From: the human T2T-CHM13v2.0 reference genome, Homo sapiens | Assembly (NCBI RefSeq): GCF_009914755.1 | Contig: NC_060927.1 | Reading direction: 5' to 3' (one strand) | Length of the DNA: 64,000 nt | Shown: positions 20,760-35,818 of the stretch, piece by piece | Layout of the letters: each line of letters opens with the position of its first letter | Numbering within the stretch: the first letter of the stretch is position 1 | Made by a program: the position numbers and the translations under genes | Notes under the pieces: generated by a model | Databases searched by the model: none | The model's input: the letters and a program-made list of their open reading frames with translations, nothing else | What the model was told of the DNA's origin: nothing

Positions 20760-23520
20760 TAATGTACCAGTCCCCAGCAAAATTTCACACAGCCTCCACT
20801 AACAACCACATTCTTAGACACAAAGGAAATCACAAACACTACTGATGCTACTTACAGTCAAAGAAAGTATATGAAGATTACACTACTGCACACAATCAGA
20901 ATCAAAGGCAAAGTATCCTACTCAACCAACATCACAGATAGGTCTTCAGGAAAAAGTCCTTGCCTACAAAAGCAAATCCAAAAAACTGGAAGAAGTGATT
21001 GTCATACCAGGTATAGATAGCAGTGTAAAAACTTTAGAAACATAAAAAAGCAAGAAAATGTAACACCTCTAAAGGAACGTTCTCTATTGCTGGAGAATAG
21101 GCTCATTGGAATCTAGCAATAGAGTCCAATGAAAAAGACATTTATGAACTCCTGGATAAAAAATCCATAATATTGACATTCAAGAAGCTCAGTGAAATAC
21201 ATGATAACACAGAAAGATAATACCAAAAAATCAGAAAACAATTCAAGATATGAAAGAGAAATTTACCAAAGAGGTAGATACCATAAAAAAGAACCAAACA
21301 GAAATTCTGGAGCTGAAGAATTCACTTACTACAAAACAAAATACATTTGAAAGCTTCAATAATAGACTAAATCAAGCAGGAGAAAGACTTTTAGAACTTA
21401 AAGACAGGTGTTTGGAAATAATTCAGTCAGACAAAAATAAAGAAAAAAGAATATAAAAGAACGAACAAAGCCTATGTAATATATAGAACACAATAGAGTG
21501 ACCAAATGTGTTTAAATTTTTGGTGTTCCAGAAGGCAAAGAGAAAACAAAAGAGATAGAAAACCTATTTAATGCATAATTGCTGAAAACTTTCCAACTCT
21601 AGCAAGAGATTTATACATCTAGATACAGGAAGCTCAGAGATTTCCAAACAGATAAAATTCAAGAAGTTCCTCTCCATAGCGTATTATAGCTAAACTGTCA
21701 AAAGTCAAACACAAAGAGGGAATTCTAAAAACAAGAGAAAAGCATTTACTCACATATAAGTGAACTCCTATCAGATTTATAGCAGATTTCTCAGCAGAAA
21801 CCTTACAGGCCAGGAGAGAATAGATGAATAGAATGATATATTTAAAGTGCTAAAAGGAAAAAAAAAAACACCCTGGCAGCTAAGAATACCATACCCAGCA
21901 AAGTTCTTTCATAAATAAAGGAAAAATAACATCTTTGGCAGACAAGCAAAAGCTGAAGGAATTCATCACCACTAGACAAGTTCTATAAGAAATGTTTAAG
22001 GGAGTCCTACACCTGGAAGTGAATGAATGGTATCTACCATCATGAAAATACATGAGAGTATAAAACACACTGGTAGAGAAAACAAACAAATAAGTAAGAG
22101 AAAGAATTCAAATGTTACCACTACAGAAAACCACCAAACTCCAATGACAAACAATAAAAGAGAAAGAAAGAATATATTAAATATTTAGAAATTAGTTAAT
22201 AAAGTGACAGGAAAAAACCCTCTCATATCAATAATAACTTTGAATGTAAATGGTCTAAACTTTCCACTTAAAAGATATAGACTAGCTGAATGGATTAAAA
22301 AACATGATCAAACTATTCCTGCCTGTAAGAGCTCACCTCACCTATAAAGACATATAGATTGTAAACGAGTGGAAAAGGATATTCTAAGGAAACAGAAACC
22401 AAAAGTGAGCAGGAGAAGCTATACTTATATCAGATAAAACAGAGTTTAAGTAAAAAAAAAGATAATGATAATTTCATTAACTATCATTATCATTGATAAT
22501 TGATAAAAATTGATATATCAATTATATATTATATTATAGATCAATTACTGATAATAATTGATAATGATAGTTGACAATGATAATCTTTTGATTAGGAATT
22601 AATATCCAGAATATACAAGGAATTCAAACAACTCAATAGTACAATGACAAATATTCCCATAAAAAAATGGGCAAAGGACATGAATAGACATTTCTCAAAA
22701 GACATACAAATGGCCAACAGGTATATGCAAAAATCTCAACATCACTGATCACCAGGAAAATGCAAAGCAAAAGCACAATGTGATATGTAAATCAGCATAG
22801 CCACTATGGAAGACAGTACAAAGATTTCTCCAAAAACTAATAATAGAACTTCTATATGATTCAGCAATCCCACTACTGGGCATTTATCCAAAAGAAATCA
22901 GTATATCAAAGGGATACCTGCACCCCCATATTTATTGCAGCACTATTTACAACAGCAAAGATAAGGAATCAACCTAAGTGTCCATCAACAAGTGAATAAA
23001 TAAAAACAGTGATATATTACACAATGGAATACTATTCAGCTATATAAAAGAAGGAAATCATGTCATTCGCAACAACATGGATGGAACTGGATGGATATTG
23101 TGTTATGTGCAATAAAACAGGCACAGAAAGACAAATGTCACATGTTCTCACTCATATGTGGGAGCTAAAAAAGTTGACCTCATGGATATAGAGAGTAGAA
23201 TGATGAACACTAGAGGAAAGGACGGGTATGGGTGGGGGCAGTTGAACAGAGGTTGGTTAATGCGTACAAACATATAGTTAGATAAGAAATAAGTTCCAAC
23301 GTTTGATAGCAGAGTAGGGTGACTATAGTTAACAACAGTGTATCATATATTTCAAAATAGCTAGAAGACTCGAAATATTCCCAACACATAGAAATAATAA
23401 ATACTCGAGGTAATAGATCTCTCAAATACTCCGATGTGATCATTATATAAAACATTATATGCATTAAAATATCACATGTACCCCCATAAATCTGTACAAA
23501 TATATATCAATAAAAATTTT
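20760..23520 (+). mobile_element. L1MA element: ORF1 and EN start joined across a large internal deletion to the ORF2 end and 3'UTR
   Basis: ORF1-like KKNQTEILELKNS (21250-21456); EN start around 22240-22450; 3'UTR 22590-23520 ending catgtacccccataaa...aataaaaa. Confidence 0.8.
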
Positions 23521-23730
23521 TAAAGAAAAAGGAGCTTAAATTTTGCAAATAGAAAAATTTTTCCTTTACAGAGTCCCACTGTTTCTCATTCACATAAAAG
23601 GAATCATCCAATCTACAATCACAAATTGGGCATCACACTGTGCTTGGCAGTTTGAGAGATGATGATAGACAGAGCATGTGCAGGTTCTCACCAAATGCTG
23701 GGGAGCCAACAAGCTTAGTTACCTCCCTGA

Positions 23731-24211
<481 letters not shown>

Positions 24212-24462
24212 TGACCAGCCTTTCTTAAAAGAAGCCTTACCCTAGCAAATGAACAGTGAGGAAGAACACCAATTTAGTCAGTCTACCAGGAATTATATTC
24301 GGGAGGGTAGAGGAAACTTATAAAAAATACCTTAAAAAATTTGTGAGTCTAGCTGTATTATGTGAAATCCTTTCCCCTGGAAACCAAATCTCACAATAGC
24401 TATCTTATAGAAAGGGGCACCCAACAACATTGTTTCATATTCTGGGTTATGGTTACTAATTA

Positions 24463-24786
<324 letters not shown>

Positions 24787-25589
24787 TTAAATGAAGTTGT
24801 TACATTAAAGTGGAGTTTAGTGGATTCTACTCTTCCACACATATGGTTAATTCATCACTACAGAGATTCATCCAGATTAAAATTGTCATCAAAATAACAT
24901 AGCACTGGAATTCTTTAGTTTAACTCATGCAAGAGGCTTCACAACAAATATTTCCTTGTGACACACACATCATTTCTTTCAACCTTCAAATTAATGCTTT
25001 CAGTACTGTCCTGCTTTCCCCATCCCACAGCCATAAAAGCAGATCCTGACCATCTCCCGGACCTGCCTGTTACTTCTCCTTCTCTCCCTCTTCTCTCTGG
25101 AAGCACATTAGTTTTGCTGCTGCAGTTTCCTATCTTTTCTTCACCCCTACTTACAACCTCATTCTTAGAACTTCTTTAAAAATATGGAAAAACTACAAAA
25201 AAATGTCCATTGGAAAGCACTCATGTATCTCCTTTCAAATTCTGAGTTGAACATGAAATTCTCAGTGTGTACCAGCCCCTCCCCTAAATGGAAAACTGAC
25301 TAGTATCTGCAGCACCAAAGACTACAGGCAACTCAGATGAGGCACCAAGGATGAAAACTGTGGACTTTCTCCTTAAAAATGTCACCACTGTGCAGCCTGG
25401 GCTCCATACACACATTATCCTTGCCAAAATGACCAGTGAGTTGACTCATATGTAGCTTAGAGGTTGAATATCCATGTGATACCCTTATGAGAAGCCCCAA
25501 AATTACTAATCAACTCCAACCCCTGGAAGCAGGTTAAACCTACTCATGGGTGATTCTCACTGGAGCAATATGATAAGATGTAAAAAGTA

Positions 25590-25780
25590 TGTGCTTTGAA
25601 ATCATGGTAAACCTGGGTTTAAATTGAATCTTGCCCCTCACCAGTTGTGCAAAGATGGATAAGTTACTTAACCTCTCTGAGTGTGAGTTTCCTGAAATGT
25701 AAAATGGTGATATTATTTGCATCTATGTTTTTGTGTAGAGTATTTAGCATATTTCCCGAGACAGGGTAAGTGCTCAATAA
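25590..25780 (+). mobile_element. MIR
   Basis: Core aagttacttaacctctctgag...gtttcctgaaatgtaaaatgg...gtaagtgctcaataaat. Confidence 0.75.
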
Positions 25781-25797
25781 ATCTGACACAGTAGATA

Positions 25798-26820
25798 CTC
25801 AAGATCTGGGAGCTATTGCTGATGGCGAGTAGAATGAGAGTGGGAAGAATGCTTCTGTAAAAGGTGATTTAGAAGTAGAGAAAAGGCAAATGTTAAAGCA
25901 TCTCACCTTTTCTGAAAATCTGCTTTCTCCTCCTTGTTTCTTGTCTCCTCCTCTAGTAGCTGGGACACAGCATCCTCTAAAGCCTTGAAGTTCCTCCTTG
26001 GAATGCCCTTTCTGATACTGCTTAGCAGCCACCATTACATTTTTAAATAGCCATATTGATTTTTCCTTGTCTTTACCAGCAAAATCCTCCAGGCTCTGTT
26101 GACAGAGCAAAGCACTCGCTCTGCCTCTTTCAAGCTCTCTTCAAATGCAAGTGCACTGCATTAGCTCTTTATGCCTTCGTTTGGGAGGAAATCAACTCAA
26201 GAATGCCGCAGTATCTCTGCAGAGAACCTGTCCATGCTTGGCCAATGTGTGTAAATCAGAATTGTGCAAGTTAGGGGCAGTTGGAATAGACCTGGGATTA
26301 GGCCTTGGAGAGATTTATAGACTGTCTTTTTTTATGTTCGAGAAAGGAAGATAGATAAAATTCCAGGGCTCTGGTTCATTTGTCTTTGCCCTTCAGACAT
26401 GCGTTGTATTTCCCACACTTACCCTGGCTGGGAGGGAAGGTGGCTGTTTCCAGCTCTTGCTAAAACAATGCTTAGGAGGCCAGATGTGGAATTCTACCTT
26501 TAGTGCTTGTAGCCTCACCAGAGTCCAGATGTGCAGAAGGTGGCAACACAGCCCAGCAATGACATATTGTAAGGAACGACCCTGGGGGTCTGGCCTGATA
26601 TTTCCCTCTGCATGTTTTCTAGAAACATATGCCCATTAAATAATGCCCCAGTGGGAGTGATGGAAAGAAAGAGGCCACCCTCTAGTGACCTCATACCCTG
26701 AGCGAGTTATTTCCCAGAGCCTCTGGTCAGTAGCCCCTGGGAAGGCCAGAATGGAAGTTCTCCAACTACCTGAGATAGAAGAGGGGAGGTAAGGAATGGT
26801 ATAACACACGGAAAAGCAAG
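25798..26820 (+). repeat. Arm A of an inverted local duplication (not a recognised interspersed repeat)
   Basis: Aligns by eye to the reverse complement of 45670-47785 once the SVA is removed; 25992-26111 is identical to revcomp(47515-47634). Confidence 0.92.
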
Positions 26821-27086
26821 GCATCTTGTGAAGAGACTCTCTGCTGGCCTTTCCTTGCTGACAGCCTCTTTTTTATATGGTGGCAACTGAGAAAAGTCCT
26901 GGGCCTTCCTTTCTGCCTTGCTGTCTTCCTTCCTGCACCAAGCAGGTTCTCATTGCTTCTAGGAGAAAATGTCATTTTCCCAACTTGGCAGGTGAGGAAG
27001 AACACATGCCCAGTTAATAGGAGAACAGGTGTAGAAAAGGGGGAAAGAATGGGTAATGAAGAGGGGAGGAAATGTTTAGTTATTGA

Positions 27087-27525
<439 letters not shown>

Positions 27526-27689
27526 TTTCCAGTGTGTCTTTATAATCACATTTTACATATGCTATTTGGTTAATTGTTATCTAAACCCTGTAAAGTAAAT
27601 AATGCACAGGGAGGACAGAGGCTCAGAAAGTTAAGTAGCATGCCCAAAATAATGAAGCTGATTTTGTAGAGTAAGAGCAGTCATGACAG

Positions 27690-28240
27690 AAGTCCTCAAA
27701 AAAACTGAAAATAGAATTACCACATGACCCAGCAATCCTACTTCTGGGTATATATCCAAAAGGGTTCAAAGCAGGACCTCAAAGAGATATTTGTATACCC
27801 ATGTTCATCACAGCGCTACTCACAATAACCAAGAAGTGAAAGCAGTCCAAATGTCCACTGACAAATGAATGGATAAAGAAAATGTGGTATATACATGCAA
27901 TAGAATATTATGCAGCCTTAAAAAGGAAGAAATCTTGTCATGTTTTACAACATGGATGAAATTTGCTGAATACGCCAGTAACAAAAGGACACATACTATA
28001 TGATTCCATGTATATGAAGTATCTAAAGTAGTCCAAATCATACCAACAGAAAGTAGAAAGGCGAGTGTCAAATACTGGGGAGGGAAGAGGGGGAATAAAT
28101 ATTTAGTGGATATAGAGCTTCATTTTTGCAAGACAAAAAAGTTCTAGAGATCTGTTTCACAACAATGTGAATGTATTTAATTGAACTATTTAAAAATGGT
28201 TGAGATGGTAAATTTTATGCTATGTGTTTTCTTACCACAA
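27690..28240 (+). mobile_element. L1MA/MB 3' end
   Basis: atagaattaccacatgacccagcaatcc...aaagttctagagatctg...ttaccacaataa. Confidence 0.8.
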
Positions 28241-28269
28241 TAAACCAGACTTTTTCTTTAAAGTCACAG

Positions 28270-28630
28270 ATTGTTTGCTACTCTTTGAGAATTGCCTTCT
28301 AATTCCACTGGAAGCATCCCAGTGACTTGCTTTGGTGACTTGTTTGACCAGTGAAAGGCAGAATAAGTGATATTCCGGGATTAGATCATAAGAAGACTTG
28401 CAGCTTCCAAGAGTCATTAGCTACCATTGAAGAAATCTGACTACCCTGAATGTGCCATGCAGGAGAGGCCATGTGCAGGTGCTCTGGCTGATGGTCTTAG
28501 CTGAGCCAAGCTTTCCATCTATTCCTCTCAGGCACAGGATGTAGAATGAAGAAATCTGGGACCCTCCATACCAGCTATCCACTGGCTGATTATCACTGAG
28601 TGATCTCTGTTAAGAGCATCTGGAGCAGAA
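28270..28630 (+). mobile_element. MLT1 LTR fragment
   Basis: gtgacttgtttgaccagtga...cataagaagacttgcagcttcc...ctgactaccctg...gagaggccatgtg. Confidence 0.6.
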
Positions 28631-29253
28631 TTGTTTTTAATGGCCAGCATGGGGCCTCCATGCAGCCTGTCCAATTTTTGTATCTGTGCCACTTTGAAAA
28701 AGTATAAATGAATATTCTTTAGAACCTAAGTAGGGAGTTCCAACTGTCCTTATTATTGTATGTATGTATGTATACATAGATGTACTTGTTCTCCTTTTTA
28801 TATTTGGTAATAAGATTAAATCTTCTCAATGGGATAGGTTCAAAGTGATGGGACCAGTTTCCTTTTGGCCAGCAAATGCCATCTAGCCTTCTGAACAGCT
28901 CCTGTGGCCCTAGCTGGGTTGTGATTGATACGAAGGAGCATCCCAGTGACCTGAAAATTTGAGCCTTCAAGGAGGGCTGGGAGAAAAATACACTTTTGTA
29001 GGTGCAGAGCAGGTATTGGTAAAGGTCATATCTAGTGGGAATGTGCAATGGGCATCCCAGCATACCTGTGAGTAAAGGCCCTGGGAAAGCCTGGCTCACC
29101 CCACCTGTCCATGAGTGGATGCCTATGATCCACCATTAGTCAACTTCTCCCTAATGTTGAAGAGTTTTTACACCTGCTATTTCCTTATCTGGAAGAAGTA
29201 ATATCTCAGTGCCTCAATTCCTTAATGTGAATGAGTTAATTAGGTGACTTTCA

Positions 29254-29754
<501 letters not shown>

Positions 29755-29925
29755 TCATTATGATGAGTTATAAAATAAATGCAAACACTCAGAATATCAG
29801 CCATCACTATTCTGCCCAGGCAAAACTCCCTATCCATGTTTGTCTCATTCCAGGCTTCCCAGAGAAATAGAACTGTGCATGATGCTGGTGATTTCAGGTC
29901 CTCTGGGTTAATACCAGAAGGGTCA

Positions 29926-30285
29926 TGATATGGTGGGCTGTGTCCCCACCTAAATCTCATATTGAATTGTAGCTCCCATAATCCCTGTACGTCATAAGAG
30001 GGACCCAGTGGGAGGTAATTGAATCATGGGGACAGGTTTTCCTGTGCTGTTTTCATGATAGTGACTAAGTCTCATGAGATCTGATGGTTTTATAAAGGGC
30101 AGTTCCCCTGCACATGCTCTTACCTGCAGCCATGTAAGATGTGCCTTTGCTCCTCCTTCACTTTCTGCCATGATTGTGAGGCCTCCCCAGCCATGTGGAA
30201 CTATAACTCAACTAAACCTCTTTTTCTTTATAAATTACCCAGTCTCGGGTATTTCTTCATAGCAGTATGGAAATGGACTAATACA
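29926..30285 (+). mobile_element. THE1 (C/D) MaLR solo LTR
   Basis: TG...CA termini (tgatatgg...ggactaataca), ~360 bp, 5-bp TSD ggtca/ggcca. Confidence 0.9.
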
Positions 30286-30973
30286 GGCCACTTCCCAGAT
30301 CTGTAATTTCTGGTCTCTTAGAAAGGACTGGGGGAATGGGGCTGGTACTATGAATAGAAGAAGAAAAAAAGAGGCTGAGGGGCATCTTTCTCAGCAGGTG
30401 GAGTCATCCCTTGCTCCCTGCTTCCTCCACGTGGGGGACCCAGTCAGAGAAGCCCCATGTTTGGCTCCCAGATCTGCTGCACCTGTGCAAGCTGGCATTG
30501 GTTTTCTATTTGAAATAACAGTATCACAGCCTGTGGTCATTACTCTCTGGAGTAATTACCCTTCCACTACAAAGCTATAAAGTTCCACGCAGAGGAGGAG
30601 GAAGCAGGAAAGCCACACAGCCAGCCAGCTATAACCACTTAGAAACACTTTTATCCTTATGAAGTCAAGAGGCTCCAGCTGATAGAGCAAAGTGATGTCT
30701 CAATCTTTTCTCAAAGAGCACACTGGGACCAGGCTTTTACATATCACCCTTTTGTGGCCCATGTACTTGGATTCACATATTCCTCAGTATGTTCATGCCA
30801 CTCAGCTGCTTCCCCAAATGTTTTCTCAGCTCAGACCTTCCAGAGCTGAAGACAGCATCTCACATTTGAAAATCCCAAAGTCTTGCCTAAATTTAACAAA
30901 CTAGAATGATGGCTCAGACCATGCAGGGCAAATAAAGACAAAAAATATGTAATAGGTAGGCAGTGATATTCTT

Positions 30974-31269
30974 GGCTGGGCGAGGTGGCTCATGCCTGTA
31001 TCCCAGCATGTTGGGAGGCAGAGTGGGTGGACTGCTTGAGCTCAGGAGTTTGAGACCAGCCTGGGCAACATAGTGAAACCCATTATCTATACAAAATACA
31101 AAAATTAGCTGGGTATGGTGGGGTGAACCTGTAAACCCAGCTACTCAGGAGGCTGAGGTGGGAGGATCACTTGATCCCCAGAGGTTGCAGTGAGTTATGA
31201 TTGCACCACTGCACTCCAGCCTGGGCAACACTGCAAGACTTTGTCTCAAAAATAACATAAAATAATAAA
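30974..31269 (+). mobile_element. AluJ
   Basis: J diagnostics gcttgagctcaggagtt and gtgggaggatcacttga. Confidence 0.88.
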
Positions 31270-31537
31270 ACCCTAATTAGACCAATGTATATCTGGCTAG
31301 TCAAAGCACGTTGCCTCAAGATTACTTGTTATTAAATACTTGTAGGCAAAATCACTAATTTAACAAATATTAATTGAGGTCTAATTTCCTTCAAGGTCCT
31401 TTTCTAGGTGCTGAGGATACAGTGGGAATGAAATGAACAGTTTCTCTCCCCTAAATGGCTTTGCATTTTAGTGCAAAAGATATAAAATAAACAATGACCA
31501 TCTCTGTCTGTTTGTCCCTCTCTCTTTCTGTCTAAAT

Positions 31538-31585
31538 CTATGTATCATGTATGTATGTATGTATGTATGTATGTATGTATGTATG

Positions 31586-31621
<36 letters not shown>

Positions 31622-31622
31622 A
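31538..31622. repeat. Compound tetranucleotide STR (TATG)n(TATC)n
   Basis: Read directly from the sequence. Confidence 0.95.
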
Positions 31623-31674
31623 TCTCACACAGTTAGTAGGAATCATTAGTATAAAGTGGAGAAATTCTAAATTT

Positions 31675-31885
31675 GGGTTGTCCAGTATGGTAGCCACTGG
31701 TCATATGGGGCTATTTAAATACACATTTAAATTTATTAAAATAAAAATTTTAAAAATTCAGTTCCTTAGTCTCATTAGCCATTTCAGTTGTTTAATAGCC
31801 ATATGTGGTTAGTGCTTACTATACTGGATAGTGCAGCTATAAAACAATTCTATCATCACAGAAAGTTCTGAACGGCACTGCCCCA
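31675..31885. mobile_element. MER33/MER3-like hAT-Charlie element
   Basis: tgtccagtatggtagccact...gccatatgtggttagtg...catcacagaaagttct. Confidence 0.75.
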
Positions 31886-31941
31886 GCTTAGCTGTCTGCA
31901 TGGCTAATTTCATTCTCCTTTAATATTAAGCCATGCTGATT

Positions 31942-31976
31942 ATATTAGTCAGGGATCTTCAGAGAAATAGATCCAA

Positions 31977-32024
<48 letters not shown>

Positions 32025-32490
32025 TTTATTATAAAAGTATTGGCTCAGGTAATTATACAGGCTGAAAAAATCCCAAGATCCCAGGATGAGTCCAGTCTGG
32101 AAACCCAGGAGAACCAGTGTTGTAGTTCTAGTTGGATTCTGAAAGCCTGAGAACCATGAAACTCAATGGTGTGGTTCCAGTCTGAAGGCCAGCAAGGTTG
32201 AAGGCCATGAAGAGCCAATTTTTCAGTTTGAAAGCAGAAAAAAGCTGATGTCCCAGTATGACGGCTGTCAGGCAGGAAGGATTTTGTCTTACTTGGAGGA
32301 TGGGCAGTCTTTTTGTTCATTTCAGGGCTTCAACAGATTGGATGAGGCCCACCCACATTAGGGAGAGCAATCTGCTTTACTCTACTGCCCATCCCTGCCC
32401 CAAATCACACAAATACCTAGAATAAAGTCTGATCAAATCTCTGAGCACCGGATGACCCAGTCAAGTTGACACATAAAATTCACTATCACC
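31942..32490 (-). mobile_element. MLT2B (ERVL) LTR containing a (GT)n run at ~31979-32020
   Basis: tattagtcagggatcttcagagaaa...gattggatgaggcccacccacatt...cagtcaagttgacacataaaattcactatca. Confidence 0.85.
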
Positions 32491-33164
32491 CCAACCTTAG
32501 TTACTTAACTTAGTTAATACTTAGTTAATATTAACACTAGTGATTGTGACATTTGGAAGCAGCATAAGTACACACCCCATCAGTCTAGCTACTAAAATTT
32601 CACCTGTGATTTCATTTCCTCTCCAAAATGGTAAATTCTGAAGTCAGAGGGAAGGAGCAGCTTACACTTCAACTTGTATCAAATGAAATTTTAGAGCATT
32701 TTCTTGGGCCAATATTGAGTTTGGATTTGTGGTGATATGACATGAGTTCAAATCCCAGCCTTGACACTTGCTAGCTGTACCACATTGAGCACATGATTTA
32801 AGATCCCTGAATCTTACTTTTCTCACCTGTGAAACAGGATGACAACATCTCCCTCACTGTTGCTGTAAAATATAAATGAAAAAAATGTGAAAGAGTGTTT
32901 GAAAGATGTGAGTCATGCCAAGGCCTCTACAATGTGACTTCAAAATGAGAGATCATTTCATTGTGTGCCTCCAGAGGGCACAAGATGCACTTTCTTCATT
33001 TTGATTTCCTCCAGTGCACCTGCTACATGATAGACATTGAAGACACATTGAATGACGAAACATATGCATGAATTTGGGGCCCAACTAATTATGAGCTTTT
33101 AAAAAGTAGATAACATATTTTGTCTTCCTATGCTTAACATAATGCCATATTCACATATTAAGCT

Positions 33165-33957
33165 TCTCTGGGAAACACAATCTATACTCTCACACAACAC
33201 TTCTGATATCAGATATCAAGCAATTCTCTAACTCTCCAAACACCAACTGAATATCCTACAATTTAACTCAATTCTTACACTATCTACCTGGAGTTAGGTT
33301 CAGATCCCACAAGTTAAGGGCTTAATCCTACAAGACTGCCCACTTCAGATGCCAATCACGAGTCTGGGCCTCCAGTGCTTCTGACAGAGCAGCTATAAAT
33401 CACACGTTCCCATGACCCTCTCCTTAGTTTTGATGACTTGTTAGAATGGCTCACGGAACTCGGGGAAACACATCACTTATGTTTCCTGCTTTATTATAAA
33501 GAAAACAAAAGAGCCAGATGGAAGAGGTGCATAGGGCAGGGTATTGAGGCGGGTGGAGTGGAGCTTCCACGCCTTATCTGAGTGTGCCACCCTCCCAGAA
33601 CCTCCACCTATTCAGAAACCCAGAAGCTCATCAAATCAAATCTTGTTGTTCAAGAGTTTTGTTTTTTTTTTTTATAGAGTTTAATCTCCAGGCCTCCTTA
33701 CCCCTTCCCAGAGGTAGGTGGGTGGGGCTGAAAGTTCCAACCCTTTAACTCTTAGTCTTTCTGGTATCCAGCCCCCATCTTGAAGCTATCTAGAGACCCC
33801 AACCTAAGTACCTCCATTAACATAAATTCGAGTGTGATCAAAAGGGGCTCCTTATGGATAACAAGACACTCTTATCACTCAGGAAATTCCAGGGGTTTTA
33901 GGATCTCTGTGACAGGAGCCTGGGATAAAGATGAACTATATTTTATATTATACTACA
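33165..33957 (-). mobile_element. MER21-family LTR
   Basis: acaacacttctga...caattcttacactatctacctggagttag...cagatcccacaagttaagggc...ggaaattccaggggttttagga. Confidence 0.8.
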
Positions 33958-34443
33958 GTTTCCAAAAATGTTTTATAATATATTATCAAAGTTTGAAATT
34001 CAAAAAAAGAGTTTGTTCATAAGCAGCTTAACTCTAGGAGATTGACTACTTTATACAAATATAAAACCATTAGATGCTCAATTTTATGTCATTCCTCTTA
34101 GTGTGTCAGAGATTAAAATTACATTTAATAGCTTTTTGTTATTTTCACACCATCCAGCCACATTTTCAGTTCAATAATTCACCCACTACTGCAGTCATTA
34201 CATCTCACTTGGGAGGAGAGAATAATTCTGTTTCACTCAAAAAGGGCACATTGGTCTATTTTGTCTCCTCCAATATCACCTATAAAATAGTTTCTGATTT
34301 TCTATTTTTCAGCTTAATGTGACCTTTCTCTGTAATGAATAAAAATATATTCATCAACTGATCTCGGTGAATTTTCTTTCTGATAACAAATGCCATGACT
34401 CTATGAAGAGACTTCCTCATTATCTTAATAAAAGGAAAAGGGC

Positions 34444-34491
34444 TGAGTCACAGTGGTGTATGATTCATTGACTTAGCAGGCCAGTGAGTCA
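34444..34491. promoter_or_regulatory. AP-1/ARE motif cluster (candidate enhancer)
   Basis: TGAGTCA 34444-34450, TGATTCA 34461-34467, TGACTTAGCA 34469-34478 and TGAGTCA 34485-34491, all in unique sequence. Confidence 0.45.
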
Positions 34492-35496
34492 GTTGGGCCC
34501 TGACTAGAGATTGTAAGTATGACAAAGGGGGCAGGCAGATTTCTGCTTCATGAGTTGCCACTATGGAACAGGGGAGCAGGTCAATGAATAGGACCAGGGA
34601 ATGGAAGCTCTGTTGCTTACAGAGATACTTGGACCTCTGCAGAGCAGCCAATGAAATCAAGAGGGCTTTCACCAGGATAGCCAAAAGGCTAAGAAGCAGG
34701 CGAGGGAAGTTTTGCAGAAACAGCAGAAGCATGAATCTGTCTGATGCGGGCTTGTTTGTGAAATCTGGAAATAAAAGCAGCACAATTTCTATTTTATTGG
34801 TACAATAGAATACTTATTAACACGTTTTCAACAAAGTGTTTATAAAAATGAAAATACCTGTTTTTAAGAGATGGTAAGGCAAGAAATACAATTGGGTTCA
34901 AGAAAACTAGAGGGATGGAAAATATTAGTAAGCACTTACTATGTGGTGTACTGCATATATCATTCTATTTAATCTTCAACACTCATGAGAATTATGATGA
35001 AGCTTATGTGTTGGGCAGGAAGTGATAAAATGACATTGCCCTTTTTAACGATAGTGCTCAGTAAAGTGTCCTATAACTGTAGAAACATGGGACCCATTGC
35101 CAAGCAGAAAAGAGTTGTTATCTTACTTACACAGTTAGCCAGAGTGCAAATGAGCACAGCTTTCTTGGAGCACAATTCAATAATATTCAAATTTGCCTTT
35201 GGTGTCTGCAAAATGTGGATGAGCACAAAAATATCACAAGGATATCTTTTATGACGCTATTAATAACAGAAAAAATAGAAATGACTTGATTCTATAATAA
35301 GAGGAAATTAAATAAAGTAAAAGCAGTGCAATAAATATAATAAAATGCTATTAAATCATTTAAAATGGTTATGTAGAAAAATAATGACATGGTGAAATAA
35401 TGTTCGCAATACATTGTTGGAAAAAAGTAACAAAATATGTGTGTAACATAACACAGCATAATAGGTAGAATCTCCTCATCATCTACGTAATTCTAA

Positions 35497-35818
<322 letters not shown>

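Noticed and set aside
26056-26274. Paired ORFs starting MIFPCLYQQNPPGSVDRAKHSLCLFQALFKC (here and 47049-47570 on the minus strand)
   Set aside because: Both start at TTG, the frames diverge by indels right after the core, and identity includes all synonymous positions. This reflects DNA-level identity, not protein selection, and no known domain is evident.
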